NCBI RefSeq assembly: GCF_030144855.1
Contig: NC_082723.1
Location: 35,526,001-35,590,000, forward strand
DNA length: 64,000 bases
From: Hypanus sabinus
Lineage: Eukaryota
Reading direction: 5' to 3'
The first letter of the stretch is position 1. Each line of letters opens with the position of its first letter. The notes under the pieces are model-generated. The model made no database searches and was not told the origin of the DNA. It saw only the letters and a list, made by a program, of their open reading frames with translations. The translations under genes and the position numbers were made by a program. Positions 24,955 through 36,649 of the stretch are shown piece after piece.

Positions 24955-25305
24955 CTGGATCGTAAGAGGCTGCAGTGAGTTGGAGACGCGATCAGTTCCA
25001 GCATGGGCACAACCCTCCCTGCCACTGAAGACATCTTCAAGAGGCAGTGCCTCAAGAGGGTGGTAATCACCATTAAAAACTTTCACCACCTAGTGCATGG
25101 CCTCTTCACATCGTTACCATTGGAGAGGAGGCACAGGAGCCTGAGGGCCCACCTTCAATGTTTTAGGAACAGCTTCTTCTCTGCCTTCCAATTTCTGAAT
25201 GGTCCATGAACACTACCTTGTTACTTGTCTTTTGCAACATATTTATTTTTGTAACTGATAGTTTTTTTTTATGTCTTGACTCTCACATATATCAGTGATA
25301 ATTTC
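24955..25305 (+). mobile_element. Rex1/Babar-type LINE 3' fragment
   Basis: LPATEDIFKRQCLKR..IIK..HH..HGLFTSLP..RR.RSL.....FRNSFF. Confidence 0.75.
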
Positions 25306-25329
25306 TCTACTGAGACAGTGAACCCGGCT

Positions 25330-27740
25330 GAATACTGACAACCTGTGCTGATCAGCTGGCTGGCGCGTTGACTGATACCGTTAACCTCTCACTTTGGCAG
25401 TCTGAGATACCCACCTGCTTCAAGCAGGCTTCAATCATACCGGTGCCCAAGAAGAATGTGGCAGACATTCCACCTCTCCCGGAAGTTCTGGGATTCTGCT
25501 CTGATGCTTGCAAATTATATACAATAGCCTGGAAATCGATTTCTTTTTTGAGAGTGAGCGAGCAAGAGGAGGGAGGGAGTGAGGAAGGAGAAAATCCTGA
25601 TTGGTCTCTCTTTGTGCAAAGTAGACCAATCAGTTTTCTCTGTGGGCGGGCTTTACAGTCGATCTCTCTCTTTCTCCCTCTCCCTCTCCCCCTCCCCCTC
25701 TCTCTCCAGTTTATTGTCCATGGCAGTGTTCCAAAAAAAGAAAACATAAAATTTTCTTCACCCCAGACTGCACTAAAGTGTACCCCTGACTAATAGGGCT
25801 CAAAAATAGTGACAGTGTTGCTCGCTGCACTGTTTGCAACAGTTGCCCATGGTGGGTTAAATGACTGTAAAAGACATGTTGAGGTGAGTTTAACAGGTGT
25901 TATTTGTTCATTAGCATAGCTAACGTTATTTAAACTAGCTGGCCGGCTGCTAAGGAGCTACTCTATTGATGTCCTATGTGATAAATTGTTTTTTTCTTTC
26001 GTAGTCAAATGTTCTGTATACACCCTTATTAGAGGTCGACCGACCGGGGGGGGGGGGGGATGCTACCTCCCTGAAATGAGTTTTGCGGGGTGGGATGTCT
26101 GATGTGGTAACCTGCCTCAATGACTATTGCCCAGTCACACTTAAATCAACTGTGATAAATGTGCTTTGAGAGGTTGGTCATGGAACATTGTACCGCTGCC
26201 TGAGTAGGGACTTGCCTACCATCACAATAGGTCAACAGCAGATGCTATTTCATTCATTGGCTCTTCACTCAGCTCTGGAACATCAGGACATTGAAGATGC
26301 ATACATCAAGATGCTCTTCATTGACTACAGCTCTGCATTCAACACTATCATCTCCTGTAAATGAATCAATAAGCTTCAAGTCCTGGGCCTCAATACCTCC
26401 TTGTGTAACTGGATTCTCAATTCCCTCACTTGCAGACCTCAGTCAATTCAGATTGGCAACACTATCTCCTCTACAATCTCCATCAGCACAGGTACGTCAC
26501 AAGGCTGTGTGCTTAACTCCCAGCTCTACTTGTTTTATATTTATGACCGTGAGGCAAAGTACAGCCCTAATGTCATATTCGTTTGCTGATGACACCATTG
26601 TTGTTAGCCAAATGAATCAGCATATAAGAGGGAGATTGAAAATCGAGCTGAATGGTGCAGTAATAACAACCTCTTGCTCAACATCAGCAAAACCAAAGAA
26701 CTGATTATTGACCTACAGGATGAGGAAACCATTTGTTCATGAGCCAGCCCTCGTCATGGGATCAGAGATGGAGAGGGTTGTAATTTTAAATTCTTTGGTA
26801 TTAACATTTCAAAGGATGTGTCCTGGGTCCAGCATGTGAGTGCCATTACAAAGAAGGCACATGGCATCTCTACTTTCTTAGAAGTTTGCAAAGATTTGAT
26901 AGGTAACCTAAGACTTTCAGATATTTATGTAGATGCATGGTGGAGAGAACACTGATTGGTTGCATCTCGGCCTGGTATGGAAATACTAATGCCCTTCAAC
27001 AGAAAAGCCTGCAAAAAGTAGTGGATAACCCCAGCTCGTCACAGGTAAAGCCTTTCTCAGCATTGAACACATCTACAAGGAGTGTTGTTGCAGGGCAGCT
27101 GCATCCATCTTAACGATACCTACGATCAAGGCCACACTCTTCTCACTGCTGTTATCAGGAAGATCCTACATCTCCAGGTTCAGGAACAGTTATCACCCCT
27201 CAACCATCAAGTGCCTGGGCCAGAGTGGATAACTTCACTCACTTCAATTTCAAGAATCCTCCATACTCGAGCTCTCAGTGTTGTTTATTACTCATTTATC
27301 TATTACTAGTTTTAATAGCACCAGCATGCGTTGTGAAATTTGTTAACTTAGCGGCAGCAGTAGACAGCAATGCATGATAATATTGAAAATAAGTAAATCA
27401 ATTACAGTAAGTATATTAAATAGATAAATTAAAATAATGCAGAAACAAATAATATAAAAAAGTGAGGTAGTGTTGATGGATTGGCAGAGGGGAAGAAGCT
27501 CTTCTTGAGTCGCTGAGTGTGTGTCCTTCCTGACAGTAACGAGAGTCCTGGGTGATGGGGATCCATAACAATCGACGCCGCCTTTCTGAAGCACCGCTCC
27601 TTGAAGATGTCTTGGAGACTAGTACCCAAGATGAAGCTGACTAATTTCACATCTCTCTGTAGCTTCTACCGATCCACTGCAATAGCCACCCACCCCATAT
27701 AACACGTACTTTGATAATAAATTCACTTTAAACTTTGAAA
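25330..27740 (+). mobile_element. Rex1/Babar-type LINE ORF remnant, interrupted by a MITE (25462-26101) and an antisense Rex1 piece (~27313-27700)
   Basis: NLSLWQSEIPTCFKQASIIPVPKK | CLNDY.P; [15 protein letters not shown]; FADDT; ACTTTGATAATAAATT tail. Confidence 0.85.
25462..26101. mobile_element. Non-autonomous DNA transposon (MITE), 640 bp, 13-bp TIRs, 6-bp TSD
   Basis: CAGACATTCCACC ... GGTGGGATGTCTG flanked by ATGTGG at 25456-25461 and 26102-26107; removing it restores the host LINE sequence. Confidence 0.88.
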
Positions 27741-27889
27741 TATGTAAATCATTTCAAAAACAGCTGTCAGCACGAGGGAAACTAGTTGAGTACTGTAATA
27801 TCCTGACAGAGGAGAGGAGGCGTTTGTGGAACTACAAAGTGATTTAAAGCTCCGGCTGGGGAACAATGCAGGAGACGTTTAGGCCCTGA

Positions 27890-28180
27890 CATTGGACTTT
27901 ACGGGCTGTAGCAGCTTCTGTCGCTGGACATTGTCCTTCACCCGACGGGCTGCGCCATCTTCCATCACTCGGCTGTTCCTCGCCGGACTGCGCATGCGCC
28001 CGGTTATACCTCCGTCACGCCGGCGTTCTGCGTGATGCACGTGACCGCGGCTGGCCGTGACCCCGGAAGTTGACGTTCCGGCGCCCGGAGTGGTGACGAT
28101 GGTGAGTGAGGTGGCGACGGGCTGAGGGCGCTTTCACCGGGGTAGTTCCTTAGGCCAGGAGGTGGCTTGCGGCCTGCCCT
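27890..28180. promoter_or_regulatory. CpG-island promoter of DPM2, probably bidirectional
   Basis: Only CpG-dense unique segment; YY1-like AAGATGGCG (minus, 27953-27961), NRF1 TGCGCATGCGC (27989-27999), E-box CACGTGAC (28038-28045), ETS CCGGAAGT (28063-28070), TGACGT (28071-28076), inverted ETS TTCCGG (28076-28081). Confidence 0.85.
28099..28101 (+). CDS. DPM2: DPM2 coding exon 1 (ATG only)
   Basis: GACGATG|GTGAGT inside the CpG island; an ATG-only first coding exon agrees with the human DPM2 structure as I recall it; phase 0 fits exon 2. Confidence 0.88.
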
Positions 28181-28639
28181 ATTGACATGTCGGTTCTGAG
28201 GCAATTGTACTTTGAAATTTGATTGATCTTCCATAAGTGGGACAGGAAAATAGCCTGAGGGATGAGTGGGAAGATTATGAATAGTATCCATTGGTACTGG
28301 TCTGTGTGCTCACATGTATGGTGTAAAAACTAGGCTGAATGTCACCTCCTTTTTCTTCTTTTAATACACTCTTAAATCTTTTTTCTAAGTTAGCTAGTAG
28401 TAATCTTCTTTAAAGAGCTTTGAATAGACTTGAGACCCACCCAACACAGCTAGCTGATATTAAGTGCTTCTGTGTTGTTATTGGTTAGTGGCTTATCTTC
28501 TGAATGGATAAAAAGGATTTTGCAGACACACTGTTTATAATTTTTTTTTAGTGCCTTGAATCACCTGCTGTAGATTGTTCATGCCTCTGAAGCAGGAATC
28601 AGTGGGTCTTGAGCTTTGTGCGGGTTTGAGGTCAGGTCA

Positions 28640-29400
28640 CAAACAAGAGAAAATCTGCAGATGCTGGAAATCCAAGCAACACATGGAACTCAGCAGGCCA
28701 GGCAGAATTTATGGAAAAGAGTTGATGTTTCAGCCCGAGACCCTTCATTGGGACAGGAGAAGAAAGATCAGACAGGATAAGGGGGGAGGAGGGGAATAAG
28801 TACAAGGTAGGTGAAACTGGGGGAGGGGTGAAGTAAAGAGCTAGGAAGTCAATTGGTGAAAGAGATTGGCTGGAGGAGAGGGAATCTGATAGGAGAGTAT
28901 AAAAGACCATGGAAGGAGAAGGTGAGTAAGGAGATAGAGGGAAATGGTGAAGGGTGGGGAGAGCCAATTATTGCAAGTTCAAGAAATCACTGTTTGTGCC
29001 ATCAGGTTGGAGGCTAGCCAGGCAGAATGAGTGCCTAGCCAACTTGAATGTGGCCTCATCGCAGCAGTAGAGGAGGCCATGGACTGACATGTTGGAATGG
29101 GATGTAGCATTAAAATAGGTGGCCACTGGGAGATCCTGCTTTTTCTGGTGGATGGGGCATAGGCACTCGGCAAAGCGGTCTCCCAATCTACGTCAGGTCT
29201 CACCGATATACAGGAAGCCACACCAGGAGCATACAGTAGATGACACCAACAGACTCACAGATGAAGAGTCACCTCACCTGGAAGAACCATTTGGGGTCCT
29301 GAATGGTAGCAAGGGAGAAGGTGTAGGGGTAGGTGTGGTACTTGTTCCACTTGCAAGGAAATGTGCCAGGAGGGACATCCATGGAGAAGGATGAATTGAC
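28640..29400 (-). mobile_element. Penelope-like retroelement 3' part (GIY-YIG endonuclease remnant, pyrimidine-rich 3' region, terminal repeat)
   Basis: YIGET.RRLGDRFAE.L...DLPVATYFN..HS.MSVHGLLYC.DEAT.KL...LASLQPDG.N.DF. Confidence 0.85.
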
Positions 29401-29432
29401 AATCTTCCCACCTTCTGACTTTTCATCTTTTT

Positions 29433-29525
29433 TCTGATGAAAGCATCCCAGCCCAGGATGTTGACTGTTTACTTCTTTCCTTCAGTGCTGCCTGGCCTGC
29501 TGAGTTCCTCCAGCATTCTGTGTTT
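29433..29525 (+). mobile_element. Inverted copy of the Penelope terminal repeat at the 5' side of the element
   Basis: CTGATGAAAG...GTTGACTG...GCTGCCTGGCCTGCTGAGTTCCTCCAGCA. Confidence 0.75.
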
Positions 29526-29766
29526 GAGGTCAGGTACTCATTTCCTCCAGCTTCCACAGGTTGCACTCTAGCGCAGGTAAGACTGCTGCCCCCCCCCCCC
29601 CCCCCCAAACTCCAGCAACCTGGATTTGACTTCAACCTCTGGTGCTTCAACACAGTGTTCATATGTTCTTCCTGTAATCATCTGTGTTGCCCTAGATGCT
29701 TCAATTTCCACCCAAATCCCAAAGATGGTTGGTAGGTTAAAGGGCTGTTGTCAATTATACCTAACA

Positions 29767-30571
29767 CAGGTTGAGTACCCCTTATCTGAAGTGCTTAGGG
29801 CTGGAACTGTTTCAGATCAGGTCTTTTCAGATTTTGGAATATATGTTGTGATAGCTCAGGATTGCCATTGTTTCCAACTCTGAAATAATGTGCTACCAGT
29901 AAGCAGTCTTTGCCTTAACTTGTTCCTCGCACATGTGAACTGATGCAGCCATTCGGTATGTTAGATTTTCATCAGCAGAGCCTGTTCTGTTTTGTTGTGC
30001 CTGTTCAATTTTTGTTATTTTTTGTGCAGAGAGGTGGGATTTGGGGGTTGATGATTGTGCTGCCTTTCTTTCCTTTCTTGGTTTCATGGCTACCCGATTG
30101 AAGAATTACGGAGTTGTATACTTTGATAATAAATTAACCTTTGTACTTCTTGAACCTATTACCATCACAAATCTTTAAAAATTTCATTCTGTGCGTTTTC
30201 TTAAACTTTCGCAACTAGCCTGCTGGATATTCACAATTACCTTCATTTTTCAGTTCATCACGATAGATCTTCACTTGTTTCATGTTCAGCATACCTTTGA
30301 GCAGCATATGTTCTTTCTGCTGACAAATCACACGACCGAGATCTTCATTTTTCGCTTTATGCAGTTTTTATCTTTCATTGGCTTCAGTTCATTACCTATG
30401 TGATGTCACTTCTTAGAATTGTCTGTAGTGCGCAGAGACCTGTGCATTGCCTGGGAACCTTCCAGTGTCTTGTGGAATTTTCCATATGTGACATCATGTG
30501 AGCACTCAGAACAATTATGGATTTTGGAGGTTTTTGGATTTTGAAATTTTGCATAAGGGCTACTCAATCTG
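29767..30571. mobile_element. Tigger/pogo-type (MER46/Tigger4-like) non-autonomous DNA transposon, with an internal LINE-tail insert at ~29980-30150
   Basis: TIRs CAGGTTGAGTACCCCTTAT / ATAAGGGCTACTCAATCTG. Confidence 0.8.
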
Positions 30572-31739
30572 TTCGTGGCTGACAGGAGAACCCAGATGTT
30601 TAGTGAGAGAATTTGTTGAATGTTGCAAAGGGATTGATTTGAGAACCATAAATTACTTCTTTTTATGAGAATATTGGGACTTAGGGATGGAACAGATCTC
30701 TGAGCATGTTCATCTTCAACTGCTGAGTAGTTTGAGAGAACATAGCATGAAGATGGCACATCTCCAGCAACCAGAGTTCAGTCCTATCCCTTTTTCTTTC
30801 TTCAGTCAGTTACTCACTAAATTGCCCCAAATGTGTAGATGAAGAGTAGAATGTAGAAGGGTGGAAGAGGGATGGAATTGAAGGGGGGAATAGATAACAA
30901 AGGGGAAAAACAGTGGAGAAATGAGATTGCACTATAAAATAGCATACTTTAAGGTTTGAAGTTGCTTTTATGTGTCTGATGATTGGATGTAAAAAGAATG
31001 ACAGGAGGTACTGTAGATGCTGAATGATTCCTTTTGGTGAGACAGACTTCAAATATTCTGAAAACTGAGAAAGATAACTGTAAAACAAGGGAATAAAGGT
31101 TACATTGGGTAGGTAGGAATATGGTTAGAAGCAGATCAGCCATGATATTAACTGGTGGGGGCAGGCTTACATTGCTACTCCCATTACTAATTCCTTTGTT
31201 TATAGGGTGCAACCTCAAGTCTTGCATCGTATGAAGGTGGACCCTTCCCACTTGCAACCATAATGCCTCTGATGCCCTCTCTCATTTTGACAGCAATTTC
31301 TTGTCGCCAACTGTCTTATCTCCATGGATGTCAAAGCCCTCCGCACCTCCAAACAAAGCTAGTATTGGGTGTGACCTTTCACTTTTTCCTTTAGCACTGG
31401 CACAACCAGCTCCCTTTCATACTACCTTCATTTGCCTGAGTCAACTCATTTGCTAATTCAACATCTTCTTCAATCCATGCATCTTTTGCAAATCAAAGAT
31501 GTAGCTATGGAAATTTGTATGGTTTCTTGCATAGAACAGTTCTTAGAGTCATGAGGTTCAGAACAGAAAAAGACTTTCAGCCCCAAATACATGCCAACCG
31601 TCAAGCACCCATTCTTACACTCATCCTAATCTCATTTTATTCTGCCCACATTCCCATCAATTCCCCACAGACCTTATGACTCATATACACGAATCTTAAA
31701 GTAAAAGAACCCTTAGAAGGATTCATCGATATTCACCAT

Positions 31740-33280
31740 GTCATAAGACATGGGTAATCGTGGTCTTCCATCTATCTTTAATCTGAGAAGTTGTTATAAG
31801 CTCTTCAAAACTTTTGACTGTTCATTCTTGATATAACCCATGAATATAATGTGCTGTGGACCACGACTTTTTCTTCCATCAATTTTTCCTGTCACTACAA
31901 GATGTTTGAGCTTCTCTTTCTCAGTACATGTCCCAGACATTCCAGCTGCGTTTTCCTGATTGATGATATCAGTTCTCTGGTTTTTGCAAAGCTTCCTTAT
32001 TTGTCACTCTGTCCTTGCATTATTTTTTTAAATCTTTCTTCTCAAAAACCACATTTCTGCAGCTTGGAGTCATCACTCATTTTGCTTGGATATTGTCTAA
32101 TATTCACTTCCAATGTTAGTGTGTAATGAACTGTGACACTCTTCAGTTTAGTACCTTAGAAATTATGTTATTCTTGTTCAAATGTGCATTTAGCAATTCC
32201 AATCTTCTAATTTGAACATTAGGGCTACTGTCAGATGTTATCGTGCTCCCTAAGTAATTGAGCTTCCATGTCTGTTCAGTTGTTTTGTTGCCCACTTTCA
32301 GTTTGTATTTCTGCATTTCTTTCTTACTTCGTGTCAACTGTACATTCGATCTTAGAGTTCTCTTTGTACTTTCTTTGACTTTATCTAGAATTTTTTGGAT
32401 CTTCTCTTTAGAAGTAGCTATCAGCTCTATGTCATCTGCGTATCGTAAGTTGCTCTGATTGTATCCACCAATTATCATGCCTAGAATTCTGCTAATTTCT
32501 CTTAGAATCTTCTCATCATAAAGGTTGAATAGGTCGGGTGAGAGAACACAACCCTATCGGATTCCCCTCTTAATCTGGAGAAAAGCACTTGCCTCATTTT
32601 CACCTCTCATTCCCTCCCTTTGTTCCCAATACAAATTTCTGATGATTCTGATATCTTTCCCATCAATGTCCAAGTGCTGAATGATTTTTATAAGCTCTTG
32701 ATGTCTGACCTTATCAAGCTTTGGGATACTCGATGAAACATAGATATAGGTCTTTCTAGATGTCTATGGCGCATTCACAAATCAGTCGGAGGATGACAAT
32801 TGCATTCCATGTTCCATTATTTTCAATGAAGCTGCACTTTCTTGTGTGATCCCTGAATTTATGATTTTTCTTGCTCTCATCGTGATGGTTCATAACAGGA
32901 CTTTCACAACATGACTCATCAATCTAGTTGTGTGGTTTCTTCGGCAGTGCAATAAATACTGACTTACTCATTTCTTCAGCTATTTCCCTGCTATTATATA
33001 TTTCATTCAGCAACCTTTCAATCCTGAAATCTTCCAGTGCTTGAATAATTTCTATGGCAATGCCATCTGGCCCTAATGCCTTACTTTTTTTCATTTTCCC
33101 CGCTGCTGCTTTAACTTCTGATTTCATAATCGGTGGGCTGTTGATGTTCTTAGTAATTGCTTCTCCCATTTTGTATCTTCAAACAAGTCAGGAATGTATT
33201 CAGGCCATCTAGCCAGTACATCTTTTTCCATGAGTATCGATCCTTCCAAGTATTTCACCTTCAAATACCCACTTAGCAGG
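31740..33280 (-). mobile_element. RTE-clade LINE ORF remnant
   Basis: NLRYADDIELIA, KALGPDGIAIE, KSVFIALPKK and YLGSTITSD. Confidence 0.85.
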
Positions 33281-34665
33281 CAATGATCATATAATTATAG
33301 AATTCACCCTGCAGTTTGAGAGGGTGAAGATAAAGTCAGAAGTATCAGTTTACAGTGGAGTAAAAGGAATTGCAGAGGCATGAGAGAGGAGCTCATCGAA
33401 GTTCATTGTAAGGGGACACTCAGGGATGATGGCAGAACAGCAATGGCTGGAGTTTCTGAGGGCAATTTGGAAGCCACAGGATTGCCACTGCTAATGATGA
33501 AGTATTCTAAAGGGCGGATGAGGCAACTGTGGCTGACAAGGGAAGTAAAAGACAGCATAAAAGCAAAAAAAGAGCATATCATGTAGCAAAAATTAATCGG
33601 AGGTTAGAGGTTAAGGAAACTTTTTTTAAAAAACAGAAGATAACTATGAAAGCTGTGTGGAGAGAAAAGATGAAATATCAAGATTCGCTAGCTAATAATA
33701 TAAAAGAGGATACAAAAGTTTTTTCAGATATATAAAAAGAGAGGTGAAGGTGGATATCGGTCCACTGGAAAGGTAGTAATGGGAATACAAGGAAATGGCA
33801 GACAGTAAGTATTATCCAACAGTCTTCACTGTGAATGACACTAGCACTATGCTAGAAACTCGAGTGTCAAGGGGCACATGTTTGTGTAGTTGCTATTACC
33901 AAGGAGAAGGTGCCTGGAAAGCTGGAAGGTCTGAACGTAGATAAGTCACCTGGACCAGATGGACTACATCCCAGGGTTTTGAAAGAAGTAGCTGAAGAGA
34001 TTGTGGAAGCATTAGTAATGATTTTTCAGGAACAAGGTTCACTTTTATTTTAACAGCTGCACGGAGCAACCATTGTTCTGAGCAAGAATTTTTTAAATTC
34101 TGAAAATCCTGAAAACGACCTGAAAACTATGCACACTTTAAATTAACATTATATAAAAGAAAATTCTATCTGCATATCAACAAAGGCTATCTGCATGGAA
34201 GCATTTTATTTACTGCGTGGCCATGCACCCGTGTAGCTTTGAGGGAACACTGTTCAGGAATCATCAGATTCTGGAATGGTTCCAGAGGACTAGAAAATTG
34301 AAAATGTCACTCCACTCTTTAAGAAAGAGGGATTAGCAGAAAAAAGGAAATTATAGGGATGTTAGCATGGGAAGATGTTGCAGTCTATTATTACAGATGA
34401 GGTTTTAGGGTACTTGGAAACACATGATGAATTATACCAAAGTCTGCAAGGTGTCCTTCAGGGGTAATCTTGCCGAACAAATCCATTGGAAGTCTTTGAG
34501 AAAATAACAGGCAGGATAGACAAATCAGAGCCAGTGGATGTTATTTATTTGGGTTTTCAGAAAGCCTTTGACAAGGTGCCGGACATAAATCTGCTTAAGA
34601 TAAGAGCCCATGGTATTACAGGAAAGATACAAGCATGGATAGAAGGTTGGCTGACTGGCAGGAGG
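33281..34665 (+). mobile_element. CR1 ORF2 fragment
   Basis: WLTREVKDSIKAK, KSPGPDGLHPRVLKEVAEEI and VDVIYLGFQKAFDKVP. Confidence 0.88.
34033..34252. mobile_element. hAT-type MITE, 220 bp, with 8-bp TSD
   Basis: TTCAGGAA duplicated at 34025-34032 and 34253-34260; imperfect TIRs CAAGGTTCAC / GGGAACACTG; host CR1 resumes exactly. Confidence 0.88.
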
Positions 34666-34819
34666 GATACGGGAGGAATCTGGTGGAAATGCTTAGGGTC
34701 ACAGGGAGAATATGTAAACTCTGTACCTGGAGCAACAGAGATCAGAATTAAACTCAGAATCAGATTCATTATCACTGTACTGCTTTGCGGCAGCAGTATA
34801 ATTAAAAATCTTAATATCT

Positions 34820-35360
34820 ATGGTAGCATAGCGGTTTTTGGGGCGTCAGAGTTGAATTCCAGCGTCCTCTGTAAAGTCTTTGTACATCTTCGCCGTGAGT
34901 GTATATGTTTCCTCCAGATGCTCTGGTTTGTCCTACAGTCCAAATACGTAATGGTTCATTTCATTTCATAGCTTGTCACACCAGTCAGCTATTCTTGTCT
35001 GGCGCGTAGTGTCAGGATTGGTCTCCTTTCAGAGTAACCGGGTCATGATATGAACATTCCTGTCTTGACCCTTGTTTTGTTTTTACGAGGCCGAATAGCT
35101 AGCTTGATGCTCAACCCGGCACAGATGGAAAGTGTGCTGGGGGGTGGGGGGCCTGACTGGGTTTGAACTTGGGAGCCTTCACTTCCGAAGTCCGGCGCTG
35201 ATGCCACTGCGCCATCAGCCAGCTGAACGTAATGATTAGTAGGTTAATTGATCATTGTAAATTGTTCTGTAAATCAGGCTAGGATTAAACAGGAGAGTTG
35301 TTAGCAGTGTGGCTCATTGGGCCAAGGAAGTTTGTTCTGTGCTTTATCACTAAAATAAAT
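34820..35360 (+). mobile_element. SINE remnant interrupted by an antisense element
   Basis: GGTAGCATAGCGGTT...GAGTTGAATTCC...TCCTACAGTCCAAA.ACGTA | AGTAGGTTAATTG.TCATTGTAAATTGT. Confidence 0.6.
35070..35225 (-). mobile_element. tRNA-derived SINE head with Pol III A and B boxes
   Basis: Minus strand: GCTGATGGCGCAGTGGCATCAGCGCCGGACTTCGGAAGTGAAGGCTCCCAAGTTCAAACCC; no acceptor-stem closure. Confidence 0.7.
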
Positions 35361-35369
35361 GGCTCAAAA

Positions 35370-35880
35370 TTTTAAGGAATAAGGAGCAAGTGTTCATGGA
35401 TTTGTGAACAGTTTCAAAACCTGATAGCAGAGGAGAAGAAGCTGTTCCTAAATCATTGAGTGTGGGCCTTCAGGTTCCTGTACTATCTCCTGATGGTAGA
35501 AACAAGAAGAGTGCAAGTCCAAGATGGTGAAGAGTCTTGATAGTGGATGCTGTCTTCTTGGGGCACTGCGTCTTTAAGCTGTGATGCAAGCAGTCAGAAC
35601 TTATAAGGCTCTTTGGTGGCATACCAAATCTGCTTAAACTTCTAATAAAGTAGACCCACTGGTGTGCTTTTGTGATTACATTGATGTGTTGGGTCCAGGA
35701 TAGGTCTTTAGTGATGTTGATTTGAAGCTGCTCACCCTTTCCACCACTAACCCCTCAGTGAGGACTGGTGTGTGTTCTCCTGACAACTTCTTCCTAAAGC
35801 CAACAGTTGATTCCTTGGTTCTTTTGATGTTGAGTACAAGATTGTTATTGAGACACTATTCAACCTGATGATCCAGCTCA
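35370..35880 (-). mobile_element. Rex1/Babar-type LINE 3' fragment
   Basis: GAAGAAGCTGTTCCTAAATCATTGAGTGTGGGCCTTCAGG, homologous to 27490-27520 and 59935-59975. Confidence 0.75.
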
Positions 35881-36234
35881 GATCCCTGACACTGGGAGGC
35901 AGCAGTTCTACTCGCAGCACCATCGTGCCACCCTTAAAATCTGAATATTAACCTATGATATCCTTATTTAACAGTGACAAAGTATGTTTGATGTTTATGT
36001 GAAGTGCCTTGGAATGGTGTATTTTTCATACCATACACAAATGAAATTGCAGTATAAAAATTAGCAAGTGAAGAAAAATTCTAGAAAAGATTATTATCAA
36101 GTCAATCAGAATTATTTAAAATTACTTGCTGTGTAACTCTGCTGTGGGAAATCTGAATACCACAGAGTGAAAATAGGCTGCAGCATGAAGTATGTTTATG
36201 TTATGGACTGGTGCATTAGTCATTTTGTCTGTAG

Positions 36235-36535
36235 GTTTCAGATTAGCTTTATTTGTCACGAGTACATTGAAACATACAGTGAAATGCGACATTTGTGTCA
36301 GCAACCAGCTCAGTCTGAGGATATGTGGGGGGGAATGGTCCGCATGTGTTGCCATGCTTCCTGTACCATCACAGCATGCTCACAACTTACTAACCTGTGT
36401 GCCTTTGGAATGTGGGAGGAAACCCATGTGGTCACAAGGAGAGCATACAATTTCTTTACAGACAGCGGCGGGAACTGATTCCCAATTGCTGGTGCTGTAA
36501 AGCATTATGCTAACCGCTACAATGCTGGACCACGT
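36235..36535 (-). mobile_element. SINE
   Basis: TTTGGAATGTGGGAGGAAACC...GACAGCGGCGGGAA...GCTAACCGCTAC; tail region similar to 63585-63715. Confidence 0.65.
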
Positions 36536-36649
36536 GACTGTTACACATTCTCATTCTGTGTTATATTGTGTCCAGGAATGTTTAATGATCATTTTTAGAA
36601 TCACTCATCTTGCATTGCATTGAAGAAAAATCAAAACTGTACTTAAAAT

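Noticed and set aside
28004-28291. 95-aa minus-strand ORF across the CpG island
   Set aside because: Pro/Ser-rich by-product of GC content, antisense to DPM2 exon 1, with no recognisable motif
35150-35225. Possible tRNA gene on the minus strand
   Set aside because: A and B boxes are present, but there is no acceptor-stem closure or T-run terminator and it continues into a repeat body, so it is a SINE head
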